DNA of 64,000 nucleotides from IMG/VR virus record IMGVR_UViG_2974724611_000001, positions 76,650 through 140,649 of that record, one strand, 5' to 3'. The position numbers and the translations under genes were made by a program. Shown piece by piece: positions 9,233 through 18,271 of this stretch; the stretch's first letter is position 1; each line of letters begins with the position of its first letter. The notes under the pieces are model-generated. The model was not told where the DNA came from, searched no databases, and saw nothing but the letters and a program-made list of their open reading frames with translations. Source of the stretch: Cinqassovirus ah1. Taxonomy: Duplodnaviria > Heunggongvirae > Uroviricota > Caudoviricetes > Straboviridae.

Positions 9233-9577
9233 TTATAATGACTCTGGATTACCAGTCAAGAAAAAATACGCGATTGCGATCAAAATTTTACACACAATAT
9301 GAAGTGCTTGATCTTGATGTAATCCAATCTTGCTGTTGCACTTAGCATAATCGATGATCCAATGACTCACAAGCTCTGCCAAACTAAGCCAAACGCTCTT
9401 GGTTGCAACGTATACCACAAGCGCATGAGTAGCACTATGAGCAGTTAGCCAGTAGAACCAATGCACCCCATAGAGCGGAGAATTGATTGGATTCTTACCA
9501 CGAGCAATACTATCGGATTGCAGAACATAATCGGCCACAAAATGGCCGATTATGAGAATATACAGAATTTCAAACAT
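9233..9577 (-). CDS. DUF3307-family membrane protein
   Basis: GHFVADYVLQ, HSATH, SHWIIDYAK, DQALH motifs. Confidence 0.8.
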   Translation of the reverse strand: MFEILYILIIGHFVADYVLQSDSIARGKNPINSPLYGVHWFYWLTAHSATHALVVYVATKSVWLSLAELVSHWIIDYAKCNSKIGLHQDQALHIVCKILIAIAYFFLTGNPESL

Positions 9578-9776
9578 TTCCAGGCGCCATCACTAAGAAA
9601 ACGTGATACCCGTTTTGTTTGATCTGCCTAATATGGAAAGAGTATCCACGCCTCAACAGCTCGGTGTGATCGTATTGGCTAATGAAATCACTTCTGTCCT
9701 GCGGATCGGTACTAACTTCGTCATATCCCATGCACTCGATAATTCGAAGAATCCGCTTGAGATTTTCAGATATCAT
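9570..9776 (-). CDS. Hypothetical protein
   Basis: Coupled ORF. Confidence 0.55.
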   Translation of the reverse strand: MISENLKRILRIIECMGYDEVSTDPQDRSDFISQYDHTELLRRGYSFHIRQIKQNGYHVFLVMAPGNV

Positions 9777-10042
9777 TTACCAGCAATCTCTAATTTACAG
9801 TTTGCCAAATGATGTTCGATAACACGGTCATCGGCAAACAGTTTCAGATTCAAAGCGGCACGATAAAAATCACCTTCGCCTTGATACGAATGAATCCAGA
9901 ACTCAACGTTTCCTTCGTCATCAATAATAGCGTCGTTCGCTTCCCAATTGGAATCGTTGTTACGCTTGATCTGATTGGCATATTGTACCAATGCGCGTTT
10001 GAATGTCTTGATATTGTAAATCAGCATTGTTGCATTCTGCAT
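9773..10042 (-). CDS. Hypothetical protein
   Basis: Coupled ORF. Confidence 0.6.
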   Translation of the reverse strand: MQNATMLIYNIKTFKRALVQYANQIKRNNDSNWEANDAIIDDEGNVEFWIHSYQGEGDFYRAALNLKLFADDRVIEHHLANCKLEIAGK

Positions 10043-10043
10043 T

Positions 10044-10298
10044 TTATTCTCCGTTGACCTGTTTGACGAAATCTTCCACTTGCTTTATCCAAGCAGACAC
10101 GCTAGTTTGATTTCGGAAGAAATCCATTTCGAACTTATGTTCCAAATCCGTGCCGTTAACATTAAATTTTACCACTATCTCATTCTTGATAAGATTAAAC
10201 GAAACATCATCGGCTTTAAACTCCATATTGTGGATTTTTGCCATTGCATCGCCATACATCTTAACGTTAGCAAGGATAAACTCAATAATCGAACTCAT
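10044..10298 (-). CDS. Hypothetical protein
   Basis: Coupled ORF. Confidence 0.6.
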   Translation of the reverse strand: MSSIIEFILANVKMYGDAMAKIHNMEFKADDVSFNLIKNEIVVKFNVNGTDLEHKFEMDFFRNQTSVSAWIKQVEDFVKQVNGE

Positions 10299-10307
10299 TT
10301 TTAATTC

Positions 10308-10721
10308 TCACATTGGAGTTGAAATTTGACCGAACTCAGCTTGCAGCCTCTTGTATTGCTCTAAACGTTGTTGCTTCTGATTAGCGTCCCATTTTTCTTT
10401 TTTAACCCGATAGTCTTCATCACGTTGTTTGATATGCTCGAATGAACGAGCAATCTCGGACTCGATATCTTCCAGAACGTCATCAATCTCACGATCATCA
10501 ACAGCAACATCAATGCTACAAACGTGAAAGTCGTCATCCCAGCCAGTCTCATACGTGACGCTAATCGTCATATCTTCGAGATCCATACTAACATTCGAAT
10601 ATTTTCCTGTCAACTTCCGAATGTTATCTTTATCGTGAAACTGAGAAACTTTTTGATTCCAATCAATTCGCAACTCTTCTACTTTCGCCACAATCTTCTT
10701 ACAATCTTCACTCTTGAACAT
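10308..10721 (-). CDS. Hypothetical protein
   Basis: 137-aa ORF behind TTGACA promoter at about 10745-10773. Confidence 0.65.
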   Translation of the reverse strand: MFKSEDCKKIVAKVEELRIDWNQKVSQFHDKDNIRKLTGKYSNVSMDLEDMTISVTYETGWDDDFHVCSIDVAVDDREIDDVLEDIESEIARSFEHIKQRDEDYRVKKEKWDANQKQQRLEQYKRLQAEFGQISTPM

Positions 10722-10775
10722 ATCATTCTCCTAATTAGAATCGTATTATCTCATATTCAAATCAGTTGTCAATAA

Positions 10776-10801
10776 AAAAGCCACCTTCGGGTGGCTTTTT
10801 T
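10776..10801 (-). terminator. Intrinsic terminator (bidirectional form)
   Basis: AAAAAAGCCACC-TTCG-GGTGGCTTTTT. Confidence 0.8.
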
Positions 10802-10802
10802 A

Positions 10803-12239
10803 TTAGAAATCGATACCGACGTAACGGTCGCTCATGATCTTGTCGAGCATGATTTGCATCGGGTTAAACTCTTTCGCACTCAGGATTGTCTCCATGATTG
10901 CAGGACTAAAACCAGAAACAAGAGCAGTGCCTTGATCATCTTTGGTCACCGGATTGTTAGTCGGGCGCGGGCAAAGATTCCAGAACACCAGTTTCGGCAT
11001 TTCGTAACCAGCGTCGCGGTAAGTCTGACGAATCACCTCAAAGTTGGTAGGCTCACGGTCACGCATACGATAGTAACCACTATAGCCACCATCAGCAACG
11101 TTGAATTCCATGTCAGACAAGACAACCAACATAGTCGGCATATCTTCTTGCGGAACTCGATTGCGTACAGCGCGATCAAGAATGATCTTGAATGCACCAG
11201 CAAAGTTGGTAGAGCCACCCCACGGAGCGCGTCTCAGATGATTCACCATGCTTTGAAGATCGTCGCCTTTCTCTTTGATGTTGTAGAACTCAGGATTATC
11301 ATCGAAGGTAATCACTTCGTTCCGGAACACACCGCGCGAACGTTCGCCGATGTACAGACCCAGAGAAATCGCGATGTCCATAGCAGACAAGCCAGCAACA
11401 GCGGTCGGAGTGCTCATAGAGCCGGAAACGTCAACCATTGCGATTACGTTTTCAGTAGAGCCAGCCATCCAGTCGCGTTGTGCTTTCCACTGTGCATCAG
11501 CAGCAACGGAAGAACCAGTACGCAGGGATTTGATCATGTCATACGGATAAACCGCAGCAGCGTTGATCTTAGCCTCACCCTTTTTCAAGGACTCAAGGTA
11601 AGCAACATAATGCTCATTCGCGTTTTTCAGGAATGCTTTCTGATAACGAGCAGAAGCAACAGACGGCAGTTTATCGAACTCAATACCGTCCCACTGACGA
11701 GCACACATCTTTTGTTCAACGGTGTTCGACATACGGACGATAGTGTGACGATATTCTTTAGCAGTCATTCGCATAGCTTTGGCCAGAATACCGGCTTCTT
11801 TGCCCTTTCGAGGTGCCCACTTTGCAGCAAGACCGTTTTGCTTGGTCATGATTGCATCAACCATGATAGCCACAGCAGCGTCCTGAATCGGAGAATTGAA
11901 CATTGCTACCACGTCTTTGAAGCGACCGATTTCAGGAGTGTTCATCAGAACTACGGTGGCGTCAACAGGGTGACGATGCGCAAGGACTTTCAGCAGGCGG
12001 ATGAATTGTTCACGTTCACCGGCACCACCGCGAATATCGCGAGCCCATTGCAGAATGCGAACAGCCCAGTCAGGAGACTCGGTATAAGCATCAACAAACA
12101 TCTGAGTCAGATCTTTCCCGCGAGAGGAACCAATCTGAGAAAACAGATTCAGACACTTGTCGCCAGTGGTGTAGTTAGTGACAGCACCGTTAGCAGTGCG
12201 GGTTTGAGCTTGTACCATTGCATTCATAAAATTAGACAC
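10803..12239 (-). CDS. Ro60/TROVE-related protein with C-terminal vWA domain (DUF2828 type)
   Basis: GTG start at 12239 after GAGG RBS; WARDIRGGAGER, LAAKWAPRK, TVEQKMC, INAAAVYPYD; vWA MIDAS DVSGSM...T...SDMEF. Confidence 0.85.
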   Translation of the reverse strand: MSNFMNAMVQAQTRTANGAVTNYTTGDKCLNLFSQIGSSRGKDLTQMFVDAYTESPDWAVRILQWARDIRGGAGEREQFIRLLKVLAHRHPVDATVVLMNTPEIGRFKDVVAMFNSPIQDAAVAIMVDAIMTKQNGLAAKWAPRKGKEAGILAKAMRMTAKEYRHTIVRMSNTVEQKMCARQWDGIEFDKLPSVASARYQKAFLKNANEHYVAYLESLKKGEAKINAAAVYPYDMIKSLRTGSSVAADAQWKAQRDWMAGSTENVIAMVDVSGSMSTPTAVAGLSAMDIAISLGLYIGERSRGVFRNEVITFDDNPEFYNIKEKGDDLQSMVNHLRRAPWGGSTNFAGAFKIILDRAVRNRVPQEDMPTMLVVLSDMEFNVADGGYSGYYRMRDREPTNFEVIRQTYRDAGYEMPKLVFWNLCPRPTNNPVTKDDQGTALVSGFSPAIMETILSAKEFNPMQIMLDKIMSDRYVGIDF

Positions 12240-12252
12240 AGAATTACCTCTT

Positions 12253-12852
12253 TCAGGTTTGTTTGAATTTGTCCCAATCATAGGACAGTTTGTTTTTCCA
12301 GCACTTGCGGCAGAACGAAATGTAACGTTGTTCAGCCCCAATGCAAATTTGTTCACCTCGACGGATAACATTGCCGTTATCATCAACGCGAGCTACCATA
12401 CAGGATTTTCTACCACAATCACAGATACCAGACAGTTGTCTAATTTCATCTGAAATCGAAAGTAATGCCCTAGAGCCAGGGAACAAGTTACCGAGAAAAT
12501 CGGTACGCAGTCCGTAGCACATAACAGGGATATCCAGCTTGTCAACAACGTCGGACAGTTCCCACACTTGTTTTTCAGTCAGGAACTGTGCTTCATCAAC
12601 AAGAACACAGGCGATATCGGACAGTTTACTCTCTTTTTCGATCATTGTAAACATGTTTTCGTCAACATGCACACAGCGACACTCGCGCTGGATACCGATA
12701 CGTGATCCAATCGTACCTTCTGTTCTAGTGTCAAACGCAGGTTTGTACAGCAGAACGTTTTGATTTCTCTCGTTGTAGTTGAAAGCCACTTGCAGTAATT
12801 GAGTGCTCTTGCCCACGTTCATCGAGGCATGTGTAAAAAACAGCTTTGCCAT
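12253..12852 (-). CDS. tk: Thymidine kinase
   Basis: SMNVGKST, VLVDEAQFL, YGLRTDF, Zn-binding CDCG...CRKC. Confidence 0.95.
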   Translation of the reverse strand: MAKLFFTHASMNVGKSTQLLQVAFNYNERNQNVLLYKPAFDTRTEGTIGSRIGIQRECRCVHVDENMFTMIEKESKLSDIACVLVDEAQFLTEKQVWELSDVVDKLDIPVMCYGLRTDFLGNLFPGSRALLSISDEIRQLSGICDCGRKSCMVARVDDNGNVIRRGEQICIGAEQRYISFCRKCWKNKLSYDWDKFKQT

Positions 12853-12901
12853 TAGTTCCTCTTTTCTGTTACTTTAACTCGCCTTCCGTGGCAAGTAAAC
12901 A

Positions 12902-13228
12902 TCAGTAACAATATTTTGCTAAAAAGTTAGCTTGGTATGAATCGTCCTTGATGTAGTATTTGATTCCACTCGAATAAACAGCTTTCATCAACACAACGGT
13001 TTCTTGTTTGAACTCGGGTACAATCGTACAGCTACCGGTTTCGATTGAGTAAACAAGAATCCCGTTATATTCAAACTCAACACGAGCAGCTTGATAGAAC
13101 TTACCACGCCATTCTTCTGGCTTATATCTTGTCGCCTGTGCTGTTACTTCTCGTACTACGATTGGTTTTTCTGGTTCACCGCACCCAGATAACAGCACGA
13201 CGAACACAAGAAACATTACACGGAACAT
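12902..13228 (-). CDS. Putative lipoprotein
   Basis: Signal peptide with LLSGC lipobox. Confidence 0.65.
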   Translation of the reverse strand: MFRVMFLVFVVLLSGCGEPEKPIVVREVTAQATRYKPEEWRGKFYQAARVEFEYNGILVYSIETGSCTIVPEFKQETVVLMKAVYSSGIKYYIKDDSYQANFLAKYCY

Positions 13229-13237
13229 AGAATTCCC

Positions 13238-13666
13238 TTACAGAACAGGCACCACAGTGATAGCAGAACTAGCGTTGTCGCCGTCCATTTTCTTGGTATA
13301 GCTAACATAAACCATGTTCATATGCTCTTTGTCATACACACGGTCGATTACCATGTTCTTGAAGAACCAGCTTTTCTTCTGAGAGAATACGTTCTTGCGA
13401 GACGTCAATTCAACCCCAGATTCGAACGGAGCAGAAACACACTGCATGGCAACATCAGTCTGATCTTCGAAACTCAGAGTTCGAGACGGCAGATTGACAT
13501 AGCAGGTGATGTTTGGATAATCAGGATCGCTGAATACTTCCACACTCAGAGTATCTTTGAATACCAGACCAGAGGTCTCTACTTCATACAGAGTATCGGC
13601 TTTAACAGCACCGACTGCCAGCATGGCACATACGAATATAACATTTTGAATAATCTTTTTCATCAT
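13238..13666 (-). CDS. CreA-family exported protein
   Basis: Signal peptide; FSDPDYPNITCY, VFSQKKSWFFK, RVYD, YVSYTKK, SSAITVVP pattern. Confidence 0.75.
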   Translation of the reverse strand: MMKKIIQNVIFVCAMLAVGAVKADTLYEVETSGLVFKDTLSVEVFSDPDYPNITCYVNLPSRTLSFEDQTDVAMQCVSAPFESGVELTSRKNVFSQKKSWFFKNMVIDRVYDKEHMNMVYVSYTKKMDGDNASSAITVVPVL

Positions 13667-13866
13667 ATTTCCTTAGCAATTAGTTTGCAGTTGACAACAT
13701 AACACGACTTGCCGTTATACTTAAACACAACAAAATCTCGGGTAATACTCAAGTCGGTAACTATCAAATCCTTAGCAAGGATTTTCTCTCCACTTTCGCT
13801 CGGAAGTTGATAGTACGTTTCGTAAGCCTGATCGATGTAATAGATCGATACGACATATTGTGTCAT
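13663..13866 (-). CDS. Hypothetical protein
   Basis: Coupled ORF starting MTQYVV. Confidence 0.55.
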   Translation of the reverse strand: MTQYVVSIYYIDQAYETYYQLPSESGEKILAKDLIVTDLSITRDFVVFKYNGKSCYVVNCKLIAKEI

Positions 13867-14108
13867 TATTTCACATCCCAGAGAACAGAACAAGTGGCAT
13901 TTGTGACGAAGTATTTCCGCTCATTGAACATAAACATCCAACCGTTGTTGTTTCTATTCAACTCACTAGCGTGAATGCCATTGATCAGCATACCGTCGGG
14001 TGTCTTTACATATCCGCCATTATGAAACCAGCAAGTAATCATGCCAGGAACGGCGAACACAGAGCTATTAAACATCATCAGAGCCACAAAAGCAAGAACT
14101 TTTTTCAT
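13866..14108 (-). CDS. Small exported protein
   Basis: Signal peptide, two Cys. Confidence 0.6.
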   Translation of the reverse strand: MKKVLAFVALMMFNSSVFAVPGMITCWFHNGGYVKTPDGMLINGIHASELNRNNNGWMFMFNERKYFVTNATCSVLWDVK

Positions 14109-14329
14109 TTTTCACCACACTTTTCTTTCAAACGTTTAATTTCATCGTACATTTCGGACACGATGTTGGAAACATAACGGCGACAATCGCCTCCAGTTCC
14201 CCAACAAGTGGTACAGCAATATTGATCATCAAAGCCCATTCCGCTACAGTCGGGACAGCTCACTAGACCGCGGAATTCATCTTCATCGATCATACGCTTG
14301 ATCATATGAAGTTCGGAGTTATCAATCAC
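14105..14329 (-). CDS. Small Zn-finger protein
   Basis: CPDCSG...CTTCWGTGG. Confidence 0.6.
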   Translation of the reverse strand: MIDNSELHMIKRMIDEDEFRGLVSCPDCSGMGFDDQYCCTTCWGTGGDCRRYVSNIVSEMYDEIKRLKEKCGEK

Positions 14330-14601
14330 CCTTGCACATCCATGAACAGGTTATCGGCACCATAGAACTTGATAAAGCGTTGTCCAACGATTGCCACCAT
14401 TGTGCCATACTCGGACATGATAGAACCGCAGTCGTGATACATATTCTTGGTGAAAACGAATGGACGAACTCCAAAGACGTTTTCGAACAGTTGACCGGCA
14501 TCATCGTTTCGCTCATAAATTGAGTCCATACAATCAACGATGCGAACACCGACAAGGCTCATTGTCAATAACTCTTCCAGATTCTTTACAAATACTTTCA
14601 T
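14326..14601 (-). CDS. Hypothetical protein
   Basis: Coupled ORF. Confidence 0.55.
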   Translation of the reverse strand: MKVFVKNLEELLTMSLVGVRIVDCMDSIYERNDDAGQLFENVFGVRPFVFTKNMYHDCGSIMSEYGTMVAIVGQRFIKFYGADNLFMDVQG

Positions 14602-14831
14602 TTTCCATCTTCTCCATACAGTTTAATCAAATCATAGTTACCGAAATCGCATGTAAACGCAACAACTTTTCGGTTTTTGTGAACTTGATAATACAACTCT
14701 AGTCCACGATTGCGCTTATATAAGTCCGGCTCGCCGTCGAATTTCACGGTAATAGTTTCAAACTGACTAAGCTCAGTCTCGGTAAAGTGCAAAATCTCTC
14801 TTGCCGAATTGAAAGTTATATTTTTACTCAT
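14598..14831 (-). CDS. Hypothetical protein
   Basis: GGAGG RBS; TTGACA/TATGAT promoter at about 14858-14885. Confidence 0.6.
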   Translation of the reverse strand: MSKNITFNSAREILHFTETELSQFETITVKFDGEPDLYKRNRGLELYYQVHKNRKVVAFTCDFGNYDLIKLYGEDGK

Positions 14832-14934
14832 GATTAACCTCCTGTTTCTATGTGACCATCATATCAGGTCACAAAAGAGTGTCAACACTTTTTGGAAATA
14901 AAAAATCCCGCCGAAGCGGGATTGTGTTTACCAT

Positions 14935-15426
14935 TCAGTCATCGACATATGACTTATTGTGAATAATTTTGAAAATTGCAACTTCGGATACCGAATACTT
15001 TTTGGATAACATAGCCATGGTAACAACTCTAGGAACATAAGATTCGCGTATTTCCTGAACTTGTTTTTGATTCAGTTTCGCTGTAATCGATTTCTCCCCT
15101 TTTGGGCTTACAATCAGATTATTTTGATGTGCGTGTTTTACGTTGTCTGAGTGTGTGCACCATTCCAGATTAGAAACGTGATTGTTTGATTTGTCCCCAT
15201 CTTTATGATTTACAGCTGGTAAGTTATTTGGATTCGGTAAGTAGGCAGTGGCAACTAATCTATGTATTGTAAAAAATTTAGCGGTTCTATCCTTTAATTT
15301 CGTACAATGACAAGAATATCCTCGATTGTTTGTGAACAACTTTAAAAATCTATTTCTACGTTTAGACCAAAGTCGTCCGTCTTCGGTTATTGCAAATCGA
15401 TCCTCATATCCCAATACATCTTTCAA
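14935..15426 (-). CDS. HNH homing endonuclease (NUMOD4/HNH type)
   Basis: IHRLVATAY, VNHKDGDKSNNHVSNLEWCT, C-terminal HTH-like segment. Confidence 0.9.
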   Translation of the reverse strand: MKDVLGYEDRFAITEDGRLWSKRRNRFLKLFTNNRGYSCHCTKLKDRTAKFFTIHRLVATAYLPNPNNLPAVNHKDGDKSNNHVSNLEWCTHSDNVKHAHQNNLIVSPKGEKSITAKLNQKQVQEIRESYVPRVVTMAMLSKKYSVSEVAIFKIIHNKSYVDD

Positions 15427-15441
15427 TTTATTTTAAACACC

Positions 15442-15603
15442 TTAGCCTTTATGTTTTGCAATCTCAATAGCCTGTAGTTGATCTATTGCTTGTTCTTTGG
15501 TTTTGTGTGTGCCAAGAACTTTCGTCTTAGCATGATTCAAAACCACCCATTCGTCGCCTAGTTTTTTAACAAACTCCAGCAACATGAAACTTTTAAAATC
15601 CAT
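15442..15603 (-). CDS. Small basic late protein, possibly head-internal
   Basis: GGAG RBS; MDFKSFMLLE N-terminus resembles T4 capsid-targeting sequences. Confidence 0.55.
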   Translation of the reverse strand: MDFKSFMLLEFVKKLGDEWVVLNHAKTKVLGTHKTKEQAIDQLQAIEIAKHKG

Positions 15604-15619
15604 ACAGATCTCCAAATAA

Positions 15620-15704
15620 AGGCGTCGGAAGGCAGGACTCGAACCCGCACCCCACTGGGTTTCTGCCCAGTAGCTCTTCCAATTGAGACTTACAACCGAC
15701 ACCT
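15620..15704 (-). ncRNA. Atypical tRNA-like RNA under a late promoter
   Basis: AGGTGTCGG/CCGACGCCT stem, D-like arm, CTGGG-CAGAAA-CCCAG arm, T arm GCGGGTTCGAGTCCTGC; CTAAATA at 15707-15713. Confidence 0.65.
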
Positions 15705-15713
15705 ATTATTTAG

Positions 15714-15983
15714 TTAGATGTTTTCGTGAGCTTCGCACATCATTTCAGCCAATGTGTCTTCGTTGTCACTAACAATCAAACAACGAGACTCATGAAGTTC
15801 AAGACGATACGGATCCAAATCACCATAGCAGTATTCGGCACCACTTTTCATGATATCGCGAATTTCATCGGCACAATCTTCGATGTAATCCTCATCTACA
15901 ATATCTTTTTGATTCAGAAATGCAATGATTTCCCAACGGTGATGAACAACTTTCTTTTTATAGCCTTCAATCATCAGAATCAT
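15714..15983 (-). CDS. Hypothetical protein
   Basis: Start MILMIEG. Confidence 0.55.
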   Translation of the reverse strand: MILMIEGYKKKVVHHRWEIIAFLNQKDIVDEDYIEDCADEIRDIMKSGAEYCYGDLDPYRLELHESRCLIVSDNEDTLAEMMCEAHENI

Positions 15984-16278
15984 GTTCGTATTCCCAGTTA
16001 GCTTGATGTAAAGCTTGGTGCATTTTAAAGTTGAAATCGTCTTTCTGTCTAGCCAGTTCTCTCCTGAATGCGAACTCACTAACAGAAGCAATCAACATCT
16101 TTTTATCTTCTACGGCGTTAAACGGCGACTCCGCAACATAAACAAGTCTATTTTGTTGGTGCATTTCGTTGATGTACCGACAAACGCGAGCTCCGTTATG
16201 GAACTTACGTGCGAGATAAAGACGTTGAAACCGAGACACCCGGATGTTTTTCTGCTTGTCAAAGTCGTAATAATGCAT
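15967..16278 (-). CDS. Hypothetical protein
   Basis: Coupled ORF. Confidence 0.6.
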   Translation of the reverse strand: MHYYDFDKQKNIRVSRFQRLYLARKFHNGARVCRYINEMHQQNRLVYVAESPFNAVEDKKMLIASVSEFAFRRELARQKDDFNFKMHQALHQANWEYEHDSDD

Positions 16279-16484
16279 TATATGTCCAAATCCCCAAAAC
16301 TCTCTTCGGTATGTTCTTCTATCGAGAATCGGTAGCTTTCGCTATATCCTTTATCGGAATACTCAGCACTAGCGCGAGCGACAACGGATTCAGCAACCTT
16401 TTTGTCGGTACGAACGGCATAGAACTCTTTGTATTCTCCGCCGTATTCTATATCAAAGAACGAACGGATTACAATATAAAACAT
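16278..16484 (-). CDS. Hypothetical protein
   Basis: GAGG RBS, start MFYIV. Confidence 0.6.
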   Translation of the reverse strand: MFYIVIRSFFDIEYGGEYKEFYAVRTDKKVAESVVARASAEYSDKGYSESYRFSIEEHTEESFGDLDI

Positions 16485-16505
16485 GATTATTTCCTCAGAT
16501 GAATT

Positions 16506-16580
16506 TGGTGGCCCCGAGCGGACTCGAACCGCTTTTCTTCGCTTATGAGGCGAGCACATTTACCATTATGTTACGGGGCC
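16506..16580 (-). tRNA. tRNA with CAT anticodon (Ile2-like or Met)
   Basis: GGCCCCG acceptor, loop CTCATAA, CCA encoded. Confidence 0.85.
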
Positions 16581-16622
16581 GTTTGTTTATAGGAACCATT
16601 ATTACACAGTTCCTAATGATAG

Positions 16623-17009
16623 TCAACCTTTAAGATTCAATTTGTATCTAATCGAAGTCAAAAACGTCATGATATCTTCCAGTGCATTCACCAGATCGAA
16701 ATGTCGTTTAGTCTCCAAATACTCATGCACCATAGTACACTCTTGCAGGAAATTGTCAATCAACATTTCAACTTCAACTTCCGCATGAGTAGCAGTAAAG
16801 CTCTGAGCATATCCACGAGCGATAGCGTATTCTGCAAAGCTATCAATCAGCTCTGGAAGTTCTTCGTAATACGCTTGGAGCGCTTTGTGACGGCTATAGA
16901 TAGTAGTAGTCAGGTGTTGGTGATGAACGTATGCCACGCTTTTCAGAAGCTTGGAAATTAGTTCGCCAACACTTGAGTTTGTATCACCTTTGAAATCTTT
17001 GAAACTCAT
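16623..17009 (-). CDS. Ferritin/Dps-like four-helix protein
   Basis: HHQH...RHKAL..YYEELPELIDSFAE pattern; MSFKDF N-terminus. Confidence 0.6.
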   Translation of the reverse strand: MSFKDFKGDTNSSVGELISKLLKSVAYVHHQHLTTTIYSRHKALQAYYEELPELIDSFAEYAIARGYAQSFTATHAEVEVEMLIDNFLQECTMVHEYLETKRHFDLVNALEDIMTFLTSIRYKLNLKG

Positions 17010-17055
17010 ATTATACTCCTAATGAAAAAGGGAGCCGAAGCTCCCTTTATTTATC

Positions 17056-17133
17056 TGGTGCGCCAACTCGGACTCGAACCGAGAAACAACTGATTCTAAA
17101 TCAGCTAGGTAGACCAATTCCCATCATTGACGC
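17056..17133 (-). tRNA. tRNA-Leu(TAG), short variable arm
   Basis: Cloverleaf, loop TTTAGAA, CCA. Confidence 0.85.
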
Positions 17134-17139
17134 ATTGTT

Positions 17140-17227
17140 TGGAGGAGAAAGTGGGATTCGAACCCACGGACCCTTGCGGGCCTACGAATTAGCAATCCGA
17201 TACGTTCGGCCTCTCTGTCATTTCTCC
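17140..17227 (-). tRNA. tRNA-Ser(GCT)
   Basis: Cloverleaf with long variable arm, CCA. Confidence 0.9.
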
Positions 17228-17337
17228 GTATTCTTTGATGTATTCGGCAACTCGTTTAATCTGTTCCCATTGAGAATCAGTAACACGCTGACCGGATAAC
17301 ACGAACGAGGCTCTTACATTTTCCTCGATCTCTTTCT

Positions 17338-17559
17338 TTAAGCTTTGCAATAGTGAGTGCCTCTTCGAACAAAACCACCAAAATCTTTCTGACCAATGCA
17401 GTGAACACCGCGAGTAACTTTAATCAGTCCAAGCTTTAGCAGCTTTTCGATTTGTTGATTGGTACATCTGGCATCACCTTGAGTAGTAGCGAAACCGTAT
17501 GAATCAGCTTTATCAGCGAAACGGGATGCCAGCTCAAGATCTTGTTTTGTTGCTTTCAT
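17338..17559 (-). CDS. Hypothetical protein (may continue across an indel)
   Basis: GAGAG RBS, start MKATKQ. Confidence 0.5.
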   Translation of the reverse strand: MKATKQDLELASRFADKADSYGFATTQGDARCTNQQIEKLLKLGLIKVTRGVHCIGQKDFGGFVRRGTHYCKA

Positions 17560-17583
17560 GATATAACTCTCTATTGTTTGATT

Positions 17584-17678
17584 TGGCGGAAGCGATCCGA
17601 TTCGAACGGATGGACGAGGGGATACCTCGCCGTCAGTTTTCAAGACTGGTGCAATAAGCCGGACTCTGCCACGCTTCC
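17584..17678 (-). tRNA. tRNA-Ser(TGA)
   Basis: Cloverleaf with long variable arm, CCA. Confidence 0.9.
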
Positions 17679-17818
17679 AAATTCTTCGACACGGCTTTAT
17701 GTCGTCATGACTCTTGAACATTACGTTCTGGCTACATACGCGCATCACCTTCCCGTTTGATAATTTAACGAGTTACGGGAATCATAGCAGCTCATTTTTA
17801 GCCTTTGCAAGCTAAATT

Positions 17819-17894
17819 TGGCGGGGGTAACTGGGCTCGAACCAGTGCATGACGGAATCAAAGTCCGTTGCCTTACCAACTTGGCTATACCCCT
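17819..17894 (-). tRNA. tRNA-Gln(TTG)
   Basis: Cloverleaf, unpaired 1:72, CCA. Confidence 0.9.
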
Positions 17895-17906
17895 ATAAAC
17901 TGGGAC

Positions 17907-17989
17907 GAATATGAACGTTTAACGTGGATCATCGTCTTATCTTTCGGACAACGTATTTCTACGGCCTACTAAGGTAACTCCACATATTC
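17907..17989 (-). ncRNA. Putative structured RNA
   Basis: GAATATG/CATATTC closing stem with internal hairpins; no ORF. Confidence 0.45.
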
Positions 17990-18182
17990 AAACGATGCAA
18001 CGCTTGAATCAATTCAAAGAACTCTATATTAGAATACTTTGAAATGATCCACAAGTGAATCACTCGCCCCTTAAATCGCATCACCGATCAAATCGGGAGA
18101 GGGAATTTTCAGCTGGACTTCTAACAAAGTTTCCTAGGACATCGTTAGCATTCTCTTTAACAGGCCTTTGCAGGCAACTCTG

Positions 18183-18256
<74 letters not shown>

Positions 18257-18271
18257 AATATTCTTATAAAA

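Noticed and set aside
10791-12266. 491-aa plus-strand ORF
   Set aside because: Antisense shadow of the DUF2828 gene, with no motifs or RBS.
15604-15702. N-terminal extensions of ORFs starting inside tRNA genes (also 16485-16559, 17560-17748, 25824-25871)
   Set aside because: These segments are RNA genes; downstream ATG or TTG codons have proper RBSs.
18050-18180. Self-cleaving ribozyme
   Set aside because: No hammerhead CTGANGA/GAAA core or other recognisable consensus was found by eye.
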